Shown here one piece after another: positions 28,867-38,473 of a DNA stretch of 64,000 nucleotides. The position numbers were made by a program, and so were the translations under genes. The stretch comes from an uncultured virus (IMG/VR IMGVR_UViG_3300010938_000024). Its lineage: Duplodnaviria > Heunggongvirae > Uroviricota > Caudoviricetes. Under the pieces are notes generated by a model. It did not search any database. It was not told the DNA's origin and saw only the letters and a list, made by a program, of their open reading frames with translations. Every line of letters begins with the position of its first letter. The first letter of the stretch is position 1. Location of the stretch: IMG/VR virus record IMGVR_UViG_3300010938_000024; one strand, 5' to 3'.

Positions 28867-29595
28867 TTAAATATTTTTAAGCCTATTAAGAATTAAATTA
28901 TAATATTTTTCATCAATTTCAGCAGAAATATATTGTCTATTTAACTTTTTACACACCTCAATCTCTGAGCCACTTCCACCAAAGAGAATTAAAACAATAT
29001 CCCCTTCTAATGTACAACTTTTTATTAGCATCTCAGATAGTTTTTGTGGAATCTGACAAGGATGAAATGTTTTTTCCTTACTTACATTTTTAACTAAATC
29101 AAAATAGAACCAATCATAAGGACTTTTACCTTTTGAACCATTAGCTAATCTTTGTAAAATTCTTTTATCCGTTGGATTCTTATATGGAACTGCCACATTT
29201 TCTTTAAAAAATTTATTATCCTTTGTTTTTCTACAATGTAGAATGCTTCTATGAGCAGTAGTGAAACGCTTGGGAGAATGCCCTACATTTGTATTATAAA
29301 CCCAAACATAGTCAGTTACTTCGTAACATGCTTCATCTAAATATTTCACTCTCAAATAAGCATTCTGCTTCGGGTAATTAATTAAAAACATATTTCCCGT
29401 ATCTTTTAGAACCCTCAATGATTCTTTCGCCAATTCAATATACCACTCAATATACTCATCAAAAGTTTTGGTATAAGATTTATCACCGTATTTAATACCA
29501 ACATTGTAATCAGGATCACCATAAACCATATCAACATATTGAGAAGGCAATTCTTTTAAGAGATCCATAATGTCTTTTAGAAAAACTTTGTTCAT
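28867..29595 (-). CDS. DNA methyltransferase, beta class (DPDY variant)
   Basis: GDPDY, HPCQIP, LFGGSGS. Confidence 0.88.
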   Translation of the reverse strand: MNKVFLKDIMDLLKELPSQYVDMVYGDPDYNVGIKYGDKSYTKTFDEYIEWYIELAKESLRVLKDTGNMFLINYPKQNAYLRVKYLDEACYEVTDYVWVYNTNVGHSPKRFTTAHRSILHCRKTKDNKFFKENVAVPYKNPTDKRILQRLANGSKGKSPYDWFYFDLVKNVSKEKTFHPCQIPQKLSEMLIKSCTLEGDIVLILFGGSGSEIEVCKKLNRQYISAEIDEKYYNLILNRLKNI

Positions 29596-29597
29596 GA

Positions 29598-29951
29598 TTA
29601 AGTATATTTTATCTTTTTCATTATATTTAATATTTTATTTTTAGATATATTTTCAAAATCAGATATATCATCTATAGAATATCCTTCTTTTAACATTTTT
29701 ATAATTTCTGGATAATTAATTTCTTTTTTATTTTTATGTTTTCTTATTTCAATTTTATCAGATTTATCTGATTTAATATTTTCTAGATCTTCATAAATTT
29801 CAAAACCAGATATTTTTTGCTTTTTTTCGTTCCACAATACTCTAATAGCTTTTCCTCGCAAATCATAATTCCTATTTAGTTTTCTTTTTTTCTCTATTAA
29901 TTTCCCCAAATTATTAGAAAAAGGTAGATTTTTCATATTTTCTCCTACCAA
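29598..29951 (-). CDS. protein with C-terminal helix-turn-helix
   Basis: IIKMLKEGYSIDDIS...ISKNKI resembles a resolvase-type HTH. Confidence 0.5.
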   Translation of the reverse strand: MVGENMKNLPFSNNLGKLIEKKRKLNRNYDLRGKAIRVLWNEKKQKISGFEIYEDLENIKSDKSDKIEIRKHKNKKEINYPEIIKMLKEGYSIDDISDFENISKNKILNIMKKIKYT

Positions 29952-29960
29952 AATATTTTT

Positions 29961-30040
29961 TTTGAAAGTGCATAGAGAAAATATTTATACAATATTTATT
30001 TTATTTATTTTGTGGATTTTTAACTCTATGCACTTTCAAA
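29961..30040. repeat. 17-bp perfect inverted repeat with a 46-bp AT-rich spacer
   Basis: TTTGAAAGTGCATAGAG (29961-29977) / CTCTATGCACTTTCAAA (30024-30040). Confidence 0.9.
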
Positions 30041-30041
30041 T

Positions 30042-30806
30042 TCATAATAAAATTTCTTGAGATGTTCTTCTTATAGCACATTCTACATATTTAGGATCTA
30101 TATCAATTCCTATAAAATTTCTTTTCAAATTTTTGGCAGCTAGACAAGTAGTTCCACTTCCACAAAAAGGGTCCAATACTATATCATCTTGCCATGTATA
30201 TAATAATATCAGTCTTTTAGGCAATTCTAAAGGAAAAGGAGCTGGATGCCTTTCTCTGTTAACTTCTGGTATCATAAACCAACAATTAGTTGTATAAAAC
30301 AAAAAATCTTTTGAACTTATGTCATTTCTACCTTTTTTATCAGTTCTTTTATGGAACTCTTTGTCCATAATTAAAATTAATTCCGAAGCATCCCGTAAAT
30401 AAGGTGAACTGGGAGATCTCCAGCTTCCCCAAGAAGTTGATTTTCCAGGAACTTGCCCATAAGGAGCTTTTATCCAGGTCACCATTTCCCTATCCAGAAA
30501 TTTTAAATTTCTAAGCATTAATAAAATATCAATAGAAAGATATGCCATTCTAGACTTGGTACTCTGCAGAATAGATGATGGACAATTTACAGCAATTCTA
30601 CCACCTGGTATTAAAATTCTGTAACATTCCCTAAAAACATCTTCTAATAATTTCAAATAATCATAGTAAGGATTTCTATCTCCCACAGAATAAGGCATTC
30701 CTACATTGTAAGGAGGAGAAGTAATTATCATATGAATAGATTTATCTGGTATATTTTTTAATACTTCTCTAGAATCTCCACAGATTATTTTATTTAAAAT
30801 ATCCAT
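30042..30806 (-). CDS. DNA methyltransferase, beta class (SPPY)
   Basis: TSPPY, HPAPFP, VLDPFCGSGTT. Confidence 0.92.
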   Translation of the reverse strand: MDILNKIICGDSREVLKNIPDKSIHMIITSPPYNVGMPYSVGDRNPYYDYLKLLEDVFRECYRILIPGGRIAVNCPSSILQSTKSRMAYLSIDILLMLRNLKFLDREMVTWIKAPYGQVPGKSTSWGSWRSPSSPYLRDASELILIMDKEFHKRTDKKGRNDISSKDFLFYTTNCWFMIPEVNRERHPAPFPLELPKRLILLYTWQDDIVLDPFCGSGTTCLAAKNLKRNFIGIDIDPKYVECAIRRTSQEILL

Positions 30807-30808
30807 TT

Positions 30809-31807
30809 TTAAAATTTTAATATTTCTTGAGATAATCTTTTATTTGCTAGATTAACATAATCTGAATTTATCTCAATTCCTATAAAATTTCTTCCTAAAT
30901 TTTTAGCCACTAAGCAAGTAGTACCAGATCCACAAAAAGGATCCAATACTATCCCAGGTTCATATTTTTCATTACAATTACAACTTTTATATTTAAACTT
31001 CACTGGTCTAAAATAACAACTCCTGTCAGCTCTTAAATTTTGCTTCTTTCCTTGTTCTGAATCATAATTTTCCTTATTTTTATTTTTCATAAATTCAGCA
31101 CTTGATTCCCCCACTCTTTCTACTATTTTTTCTCTAATAAATCCACACTTTGAACATATCTTTTCAGGACAAGCAGCTTGAATTATTACTTCTACAAGCT
31201 CTTTGGGGTATGTAGCATAATGACCCACATTAAATCCATATTTTTTTCCTGAAAAAGGTACAGTGTTAATATTCCAAACACTTCTTTTTATTCTCCCCAT
31301 TACTAAATTCAAATTTTTTTTAACTAATTCTACTTTTTCTTTTTCACTCAAATTTGAATACGGCTCAAATTGAGTTTCAAAGTAATAATCCTTTGATTTT
31401 GTTAAAAATAATATAGGTTCATAATCTATTGCAAATCTATTTGTTATAGATTCTGGTATCGCATTAGGTTTATGCCATATTAATATATTTCTTAATAAAT
31501 ACATTTTTTGCAGTTTCTCTGCTAATTTATATGGCAATAATAATAAACTATTATCTTTATGAATATCATCAATTACAATAAAACAGCTTCCTGTTACTTT
31601 TAGAACTCTATAACATTCTCTAAAGATTAAATATAACTTTTCTAAATAATCAGCTGGGGTCTTTTCTATCCCCAGCTGATTTTCATGATAATAATTCCTT
31701 TGCCCCCAATATGGAGGCGATGTACAAATTAAATCTACAAAATTATCTGGAAGTTTTTTTAAAACTTCCAGAGCATCCCCTTGAATAATTGTATTAATCA
31801 TCTCCAA
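30809..31807 (-). CDS. DNA methyltransferase, beta class (SPPY) with Cys-rich insertion
   Basis: TSPPY, HYATYP, C..CG...C.C insert, VLDPFCGSGTT. Confidence 0.92.
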   Translation of the reverse strand: MEMINTIIQGDALEVLKKLPDNFVDLICTSPPYWGQRNYYHENQLGIEKTPADYLEKLYLIFRECYRVLKVTGSCFIVIDDIHKDNSLLLLPYKLAEKLQKMYLLRNILIWHKPNAIPESITNRFAIDYEPILFLTKSKDYYFETQFEPYSNLSEKEKVELVKKNLNLVMGRIKRSVWNINTVPFSGKKYGFNVGHYATYPKELVEVIIQAACPEKICSKCGFIREKIVERVGESSAEFMKNKNKENYDSEQGKKQNLRADRSCYFRPVKFKYKSCNCNEKYEPGIVLDPFCGSGTTCLVAKNLGRNFIGIEINSDYVNLANKRLSQEILKF

Positions 31808-32403
31808 TTAAAATAATCTGGAACATATTTTTTATAAGTATCAACAATACGATAGCTATGAGTAGAATTGGAAAAAAGTATTCCCTTTTCCTCTTCAAAA
31901 TCTCCATAATAACTTATAGATTTGTTATCAATTACTACAAATTTTCCTTTAATTAAAGACAATAATTCAGTTCCTAAATAATGTACAGACATAGCTATAA
32001 ATCTACTATCTGACCACGGTCCAGCAGGTATTTTTATTCTGTTTATTAAACATAAAACTATTAATTCTTGTTCCCAATCTCCATGAATTCCATTATGAAA
32101 TAAAATAGGATCAGTTCCAGAATATTCCAACGAAATTCTACTAGTAGCATCTATTATAAATGGATGAGTTAATTCTGGACATACCTCCCCATCTGTTTTT
32201 TTTCTAAAATGAATTACATGGGGTATTACATCAAAACTCCGATAGAAATTTTTAAAATCTTCTGATTTCATAAACCCTTTCTTGTATTTTACTAAATTAT
32301 CTTTATAATATCCAATTCCTACTCCATCATCATTATTTATAAATGCATTTCTAATTTCATTATCCGACATTTTTCTGTTTTGACAAATTGCTATTAAACA
32401 CAT
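31798..32403 (-). CDS. class II glutamine amidotransferase (Ntn hydrolase)
   Basis: N-terminal MC, N.DG.G, HFR..T.G, HPF, HNG, SDS. Confidence 0.88.
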   Translation of the reverse strand: MCLIAICQNRKMSDNEIRNAFINNDDGVGIGYYKDNLVKYKKGFMKSEDFKNFYRSFDVIPHVIHFRKKTDGEVCPELTHPFIIDATSRISLEYSGTDPILFHNGIHGDWEQELIVLCLINRIKIPAGPWSDSRFIAMSVHYLGTELLSLIKGKFVVIDNKSISYYGDFEEEKGILFSNSTHSYRIVDTYKKYVPDYFNWR

Positions 32404-33860
32404 TTTGATTCCTCCTTTCTTTTTATTTTAAATTTTTCTAATTCTTTTTTCAATATTTCAAAAACACAATTATATGTTTTTAAATAATATTCTAAATCTG
32501 TTCTAAATAAATAAGGAAATCCTATTTTAATATTATCTGCAATTATAATTGGAAATCCATTTATATAATTCCAAATACCAGAATTTTGAATATTTGGTAT
32601 ATTGGAAACTAATCCTCTAGATTCATTAAATCCAAAGAATATTATGTTTAAATTATCCAAAACTAAATAATTAGAAAAATATTTTTGAACTTCATTTTCT
32701 ATATCTGAGTCCCATTCATCACTAAACTTAATAACTAAATCTACAAATCTTTTTTTATGTCTATACCAACCCGCAATAAAAACATTTTTATTTCTACTTA
32801 ATTTTCTAAGTTTATTTATATTCTCTATATAAAGATCAGTTTCTTTTTCTGTAAGACCTCCAACTTCCATAAGATCTTTTCTAGTTACAGGAACAGAATA
32901 TTCTATAACCTCAGAATTAACATATTTATTTGCCAAATTGTAAGCTAATTTCAATACTATTTCAGCAATTTTTGGATTCTGAAATATGATACTAGGAGGA
33001 GTTCTATATTCTAATCCATGAGGCTGTATTCTATACTTTCCCAATGCCTTGTAATCTCCTCTAGCCTCACCTGATAACTCTATAGTAAATCTTCCTATAA
33101 AATCATCTAAAATAGGAACTAACTTTTCAAACCCTCTTCTAGCAAAAGATCCATTCTTTCTAAATCCTATATGGATATGCCCTCCCAAAGGATAAATATC
33201 CCCTTTTACACTCAACTTAGTATTATGATTTTTATAAAAATCACTAATTAATTTTTTCAATCTCCTAACTACATATGCAGGACTTCCTGGAATAGGTCTT
33301 AACTCTAATTGATTACCCCAACCATCAGTCCCAATCTCATCATCTAAAATTTTATCTCCAAAAAGATCTGATGCATCAATAACACAATACGGTCTTGTTT
33401 TGGTAAAAATTTCATATTCTGGATCACAACCTACAGTAATTTCAATCTTTTTCTCTACTTTTTTTAATCCTAATTTTTTCACTAAATAATTTGCTAAAAT
33501 ATATCTATCCAAACTAACAATTTCATTATTATTCAATAAAGGAATAAAAGAAATTAATATATTTTTTTCCGGCAAATAATACCCATAAACAGTATTGGTG
33601 AAAATATTAATTATTCTATATGCTTTTTTTCCTTTTTTAGAATTTATAATTGTAGAAAAATTATTTAAAACTAAATTTAATTTCACATTTATATAAATAT
33701 CTTTAACTATATTTAATATATAATAATTTGAATTATAAAGATCTAATATTAAAGTATTTTTACTTTCTGTTTTATCATTTGTTATAAATCTAAAATAATC
33801 TGCCAATATACACTCCTGTTCTAAACCACTGAACTCCATTTTTCCCGGTTCAATCTTCAA
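32394..33860 (-). CDS. phiEco32-like COOH-NH2 ligase (amidoligase) 2
   Basis: VGCDPEY, IGTDG....ELRP.PG, GGHIHIG, QPHGLEYRT; paralog of 16905-18518. Confidence 0.85.
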   Translation of the reverse strand: MKIEPGKMEFSGLEQECILADYFRFITNDKTESKNTLILDLYNSNYYILNIVKDIYINVKLNLVLNNFSTIINSKKGKKAYRIINIFTNTVYGYYLPEKNILISFIPLLNNNEIVSLDRYILANYLVKKLGLKKVEKKIEITVGCDPEYEIFTKTRPYCVIDASDLFGDKILDDEIGTDGWGNQLELRPIPGSPAYVVRRLKKLISDFYKNHNTKLSVKGDIYPLGGHIHIGFRKNGSFARRGFEKLVPILDDFIGRFTIELSGEARGDYKALGKYRIQPHGLEYRTPPSIIFQNPKIAEIVLKLAYNLANKYVNSEVIEYSVPVTRKDLMEVGGLTEKETDLYIENINKLRKLSRNKNVFIAGWYRHKKRFVDLVIKFSDEWDSDIENEVQKYFSNYLVLDNLNIIFFGFNESRGLVSNIPNIQNSGIWNYINGFPIIIADNIKIGFPYLFRTDLEYYLKTYNCVFEILKKELEKFKIKRKEESKCV

Positions 33861-33916
33861 AAATTAACACCTCCTTCTTTGATTTAAAATTACAATTTTC
33901 TTATAACAGAATTACT

Positions 33917-34591
33917 CTAAAATATATTCTTAGTAGAAGGAAACCCTGTCTTAGAATTAAGAGAATATAATGCTCTTATAGAACCTCCTTTTTTCATAGG
34001 GGATAAATCAATTCTAATTTGACCTTCTTGAGGAGGAGAAAAAGTTATTAAATCACTTTTTAAAGGTGATAATACTTCTTTCAATCTGGACCTAGCTTTA
34101 TTTATATCTGTATTTCTTACTAAATCCGCTATTACATAATATCCTCTACCTCCAGAATATCTAATATGAGATTTTTGAACTTCAGGTAAAGAATTTATAA
34201 TTCTATTTACAGATCTTACAACTGATAAAGTAATATTCCTATCCACATTATTAGGATCTATATCTATAACATATTGATCTGTAGGATTATCTAAAGTTTT
34301 ATGAAATTCTACAGCTCTTCTTTTAATCCAGTACATTAAATCAGAAGGATTATTTTCATCTGCACCAAATCCTGTTATTTTTATACGATTTCCTGCTTCA
34401 TTCCTTTTAAGTACCGGCTTATTCCACTTAAAATTCTGAATTATTATTGCAGGTTTATTTCCTAGATCTTCCAGTAAAGCATTTCTTACTTTAGGATTTA
34501 AATAATAATTAAATACATCCTTTTTAGTCATTTCTACATTAGGATTTTTAATTATAATTTCATCCCATTTTGAATCTTTTAAATCTTTCAT
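33917..34591 (-). CDS. LigD-type primase-polymerase (AEP) domain protein
   Basis: TK.D...YY, VEFH, IDIDP, SGGRGY, IRALYSL. Confidence 0.75.
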   Translation of the reverse strand: MKDLKDSKWDEIIIKNPNVEMTKKDVFNYYLNPKVRNALLEDLGNKPAIIIQNFKWNKPVLKRNEAGNRIKITGFGADENNPSDLMYWIKRRAVEFHKTLDNPTDQYVIDIDPNNVDRNITLSVVRSVNRIINSLPEVQKSHIRYSGGRGYYVIADLVRNTDINKARSRLKEVLSPLKSDLITFSPPQEGQIRIDLSPMKKGGSIRALYSLNSKTGFPSTKNIF

Positions 34592-35949
34592 GGTGATTTT
34601 TCATAGTGAAATGATATAAATACAGGAATTCTAAGAGCTCCAGTTGGATATTGCTCTATTGCTTTTACTTTAGCTACTTTGCCAATATAATCTTCTGGAT
34701 GCTTCCACATATCTATTCTTTCCTGTATTGAAAATCCAGATCCTACAGCTCCTAAAATAGGACCATTCGGTTCAAAACTATATTCAAATCCACCAGCTCC
34801 AATTCCTCTTAAAGAACCTTTGCCCGGAAGTATATTTCTAATATATACATCATATTCTTTTATAAATTTAGCCTTAATAGGATTCTGATACTGTATTAAA
34901 TTCTGAAAAACAACTCCTTCTTTTGTTTCTGGGATTTTCCCCCTTTTTATTTCCTCTAATAACATTCTTTTCTTATCGCCACTTATAGCATAAGTCGGAA
35001 TTTCTACAGGCAAATTATGTTTTTCTACTATATCATGTATCAATTCCAATTTATCTCCATATGGTAAGTTTTCCATATTTTTTCCTTTATATTGAACAAC
35101 ATCAAAAATAGTAGTTTTAGGTTCATATTTGTCAAGTACATTATAAGCATTCCAAGTATTCGCATTTGCAAATGCAACAATATCCTGTATAGGAGCTGCT
35201 TTTCCTTTTGTTTTATCCATTAAAATTAATTCCCCTCTAAAAATAGAATTTTTAAGACCTGGAATTTTTAAATTCATTAGTTGTGGAACTTTATAAGTAT
35301 GATCTACTAATTCTGTTTTACTGACAGATACTTTAGGAGAAAATAATTTTAAATTTCCATTATCTTTAATATAATACAAAACATGAATACCATCATCTTT
35401 TCTAAACATAACATAATTAGGGTCATCTACATAAGGATCTACTTTTGAAATATCTATTTCTTTAAATTTAGGCTTATAATCTGGTAAATCCGGAATATCT
35501 TTTCTAGTATCTGTTTGATTTATAAGAAGCCACCCTTTAGGAGTCTTAATCAAAGTAAATTCTTGAACTTCTTTTCCTTTATATAAATTAAATCTTATTT
35601 TATCCGCACTGGAAGATAAAATATGAGCTTGATCTCTATCTACTAAAGTAACTTTTCCTTCTCCATATCCTGGAGGTAATGTTCCTTCAAAATTCTGATA
35701 TTCTATACTATGAATAGGCTGAGGAATTGCTAATGCAGGTCTATCACCAGGTTCTGGTATTCTTCTTAAAGCCCAACTATAAGCACCTCCTTTAACAGGA
35801 TCTCCAAGTCTGAGATCATAATGAGGCCCAGCTCGCTTAGCTTCATGATATTGCAAAGAATATTCCCAAATATCATTTTTAGAAGGTCTTATTTTTTCTG
35901 TAATTTTGGTAGGAAAAGGAATTCCTGGTGCAAATTCTGTTTCTGCCAT
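34588..35949 (-). CDS. LigD-like 3'-phosphoesterase plus ATP-dependent DNA ligase
   Basis: Q.H.A....HYDLRL...SWA PE domain; KDDG, GEL, FDV, EGVV, VGSGF, LRIPVF ligase motifs. Confidence 0.85.
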   Translation of the reverse strand: MAETEFAPGIPFPTKITEKIRPSKNDIWEYSLQYHEAKRAGPHYDLRLGDPVKGGAYSWALRRIPEPGDRPALAIPQPIHSIEYQNFEGTLPPGYGEGKVTLVDRDQAHILSSSADKIRFNLYKGKEVQEFTLIKTPKGWLLINQTDTRKDIPDLPDYKPKFKEIDISKVDPYVDDPNYVMFRKDDGIHVLYYIKDNGNLKLFSPKVSVSKTELVDHTYKVPQLMNLKIPGLKNSIFRGELILMDKTKGKAAPIQDIVAFANANTWNAYNVLDKYEPKTTIFDVVQYKGKNMENLPYGDKLELIHDIVEKHNLPVEIPTYAISGDKKRMLLEEIKRGKIPETKEGVVFQNLIQYQNPIKAKFIKEYDVYIRNILPGKGSLRGIGAGGFEYSFEPNGPILGAVGSGFSIQERIDMWKHPEDYIGKVAKVKAIEQYPTGALRIPVFISFHYEKSP

Positions 35950-35956
35950 AAAATTT

Positions 35957-36022
35957 ATTATATCATTTTGAAAAAACTATTTTCAAATCCCTGTTGAAAT
36001 TACCTTAAATATTTGATAAAAT
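35957..36022. promoter_or_regulatory. divergent sigma70-like promoter pair
   Basis: Minus: TTGAAA-18-TATAAT 7 nt before ATG 35949. Plus: TTGAAA-17-TAAAAT 10 nt before ATG 36033. Confidence 0.65.
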
Positions 36023-36032
36023 TAAACTCATA

Positions 36033-37409
36033 ATGAACATATTACTTTTAGATGTTGCAATGTTTTCAATGATCCAAACCTTATTAGATGAAGGTAATAA
36101 AATCACTTATTTATGTCCTTCTGAAATATTAAATGAAGTCAAAAATGTATTTGGTGAAAAAATAAATATAATAGACCAAAATAAACTAAATACAAATTAT
36201 GATATTGTAATTTCCTGTGGTGTAGAAAAAAAAGTTCTTCCCATTGTTGATAAATTTAAAAAAACAGGAATACCCGTTATTGGTGCTGGAACAAGAATGG
36301 CAGCTATAGAACTAAACAGAAAATTAGGAAAACAAGTAATTGAAAAATTTGGAATTCAAGTACCTAGATACACAGAATTAAAAGCAAAAAATATTCCTAC
36401 ATACATAAAAGAAAGAAAAATACCCCAGGTTTTAAAACCGAATGATAATAAAGCTGTTTATTATACTATAGTTCCTAATACTATAGAAGATAGTATTCAT
36501 GGAGCTGAAATAATCATAAAAGACATAGGACCCGAAACCCCAGTAGAAGTAGAAGATTTTATAGATGGAATAGAAGTAGGGATTGAAACATTTATGGGAA
36601 AAGAAAATTTTATCTATCCCATAAATGTCAGTTTTGAACATAAAAAAACAAATGATTTTAATCTTGGAAGATTAAGTGGTGAGTCTGGAACCAGTATGTA
36701 TTATGAAGATAATCCAAAATTATTTCAACAAACACTTGGTAAATTAAGAGATTTTTTAATTAAAATGAGTTATATAGGAGATATTTGCACAGGATTAATA
36801 GTAAATGAAAAAGGAATTTATTTTTTAGAATTTACTGTAAGATTTGGTATTCCTGAAATAATAATGCAATTAAAAGCAATGCCTTCTTCTGGATTAACTA
36901 AATTTTTTATAGATTTATTTAGACCAGGAACTCAATATGTAAATATAGAAGATATATTTTTAAATGGAATTAGATATTATAATCCAGGAGCTCCTTATAA
37001 AGAATCTTATCAAAAAAGAGGATATGGAGAAATAATTACCTATAAAAAGAAACCAATTACTCTAGAACAAACTTATGAATTAAATAGACAAAATATAGGA
37101 TTTTTTGATTTTGATGTAGAAAATAATCAAATAATAACTCCTGGTAGTGTTGCTTCTGTTTGCACAATAGGTAAAGGAATAACTTTAACTGAAGCTATTT
37201 TAAATTCCTACAAAGAAGCATGTAATATTAGTATAAATGGAGGTTTTTATAGAACAGATATAGGATTTGATTTGGTAAATTATCAAGCTGGAGAACTCTA
37301 TAATTTAGGATATATTCCAGCAGATAAATATAAAAGAATGCATAATCCTGATTTAAATATAAGAAAATTTTTAAATTCTGTAAAAAGAGGTGAAGAATGG
37401 CTAATTTAA
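36033..37409 (+). CDS. PurD (GAR synthetase)-like ATP-grasp ligase
   Basis: E..R..GK, VLKP, EDFIDG.E, EHKK, GESGT, LEFT.RFG.PE, YRTDIG; divergent N-terminus. Confidence 0.75.
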   Translation: MNILLLDVAMFSMIQTLLDEGNKITYLCPSEILNEVKNVFGEKINIIDQNKLNTNYDIVISCGVEKKVLPIVDKFKKTGIPVIGAGTRMAAIELNRKLGKQVIEKFGIQVPRYTELKAKNIPTYIKERKIPQVLKPNDNKAVYYTIVPNTIEDSIHGAEIIIKDIGPETPVEVEDFIDGIEVGIETFMGKENFIYPINVSFEHKKTNDFNLGRLSGESGTSMYYEDNPKLFQQTLGKLRDFLIKMSYIGDICTGLIVNEKGIYFLEFTVRFGIPEIIMQLKAMPSSGLTKFFIDLFRPGTQYVNIEDIFLNGIRYYNPGAPYKESYQKRGYGEIITYKKKPITLEQTYELNRQNIGFFDFDVENNQIITPGSVASVCTIGKGITLTEAILNSYKEACNISINGGFYRTDIGFDLVNYQAGELYNLGYIPADKYKRMHNPDLNIRKFLNSVKRGEEWLI

Positions 37410-37573
37410 CTCCAGAACAAAAAAACATGATAGATCATTTTTTTCAAAAATTAAGAAAAACATTTCCTAACTTATCAGAACAAGAAGCTCTGAAAATAGT
37501 TATGGTACAATTGATACGAATTGCATATCTTCCACCTGATATAATCAAGAGATCACCTTCTCTTAATATTTAA
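37397..37573 (+). CDS. 58-aa hypothetical protein
   Basis: SD GAGGTGA; MANLTPEQKNMIDHFF...; not in the ORF track. Confidence 0.55.
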   Translation: MANLTPEQKNMIDHFFQKLRKTFPNLSEQEALKIVMVQLIRIAYLPPDIIKRSPSLNI

Positions 37574-37906
37574 TGTTTTTCTGTTAATTACAGAATCTGG
37601 TTTTATAATTACAGATTTTTCTAATTTAGAAGCCAGTTTTTTAAATTTCTCAATTTTTGCCATAATTTCTTTTTCACTGGGTTTTCCATATAAAATATCT
37701 TTTATATTTTTATGAATTTTGTTAACAGCTTCTATATTCTCATTTGTTACTGAAGCTTGAGTTATTAATAAAGCTAAATTAGAAAAAAATTCGTATCTTC
37801 GTCTGAGAGTTGCTACTGCAATAGCTTCTTGAATTTTGTTTTCAAATTTTAAATTATTTAATAAATATAATTCTGCTTTAAACCAAAAATCTTCACATTC
37901 GTCTAT
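37553..37906 (-). CDS. -1 frameshift extension of the tail chaperone (G-T-like)
   Basis: 117 open codons in the -1 frame starting at the A9 run (IDECEDFWFKAELY...), with no ATG near its start. Confidence 0.7.
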   Translation of the reverse strand: MDECEDFWFKAELYLLNNLKFENKIQEAIAVATLRRRYEFFSNLALLITQASVTNENIEAVNKIHKNIKDILYGKPSEKEIMAKIEKFKKLASKLEKSVIIKPDSVINRKTLNIKRR

Positions 37907-38331
37907 TTTTTTTTAATGTCTGAATTTAATAATTTACTAACTTCTAATCTAAAATTATCTAATAACTCAAGCATTTTATCAGTTAGAGGATAGGGAAGTT
38001 CTCTTACTAAATCCAATCTACTGCGACTTTTTGGAGGAATTGGATTGTTATTATTATCATATTCTATTTTATTTTCAAAAGGTAAATTTTCCCAATCTTC
38101 ATTACCAAATTTTTTAATAGCCATTGCTAAATATCTTAAAGAATATGTAGTAGCATTTATACCAGTCTGAGGAATATTATTTATTTGTTCTATTTCTTTT
38201 GATAATAAAGACCTAAAAATAAATTTTATTGATCCGATTTTATATTCTTTCCATACTCTTCCTTTGAATAAGAGTGATTCAATACTGAAGTCTTCTTGTA
38301 ATTCTTCTTCTTTTTTTGATTCTTCTGCCAT
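37903..38331 (-). CDS. tail assembly chaperone (G-like)
   Basis: Acidic N-terminus, ends ...DIKKK on an A9 slippery run, adjacent to the tape measure gene. Confidence 0.7.
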   Translation of the reverse strand: MAEESKKEEELQEDFSIESLLFKGRVWKEYKIGSIKFIFRSLLSKEIEQINNIPQTGINATTYSLRYLAMAIKKFGNEDWENLPFENKIEYDNNNNPIPPKSRSRLDLVRELPYPLTDKMLELLDNFRLEVSKLLNSDIKKK

Positions 38332-38401
38332 TCTTTTTCCTCCTTTAATATTATATTTTCTGCTGAACCTTCTATTTCTTTAAATAAAGCCATTATCTAT
38401 A

Positions 38402-38465
38402 ATTATAATAACAAAATAATAAATGTCAAGTTTTTATTGACTTTAACTCTTAAATCCATTAAAAT
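38402..38465. promoter_or_regulatory. divergent sigma70-like promoters
   Basis: Minus TTGACA...TATAAT; plus TTGACT-17-TAAAAT 8 nt before the tape measure ATG. Confidence 0.65.
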
Positions 38466-38473
38466 TAAAAGTA

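Noticed and set aside
36033..37409. Bona fide purD auxiliary metabolic gene
   Set aside because: Lacks the N-terminal G.GGRE motif and has no other pur genes nearby; kept only as PurD-like
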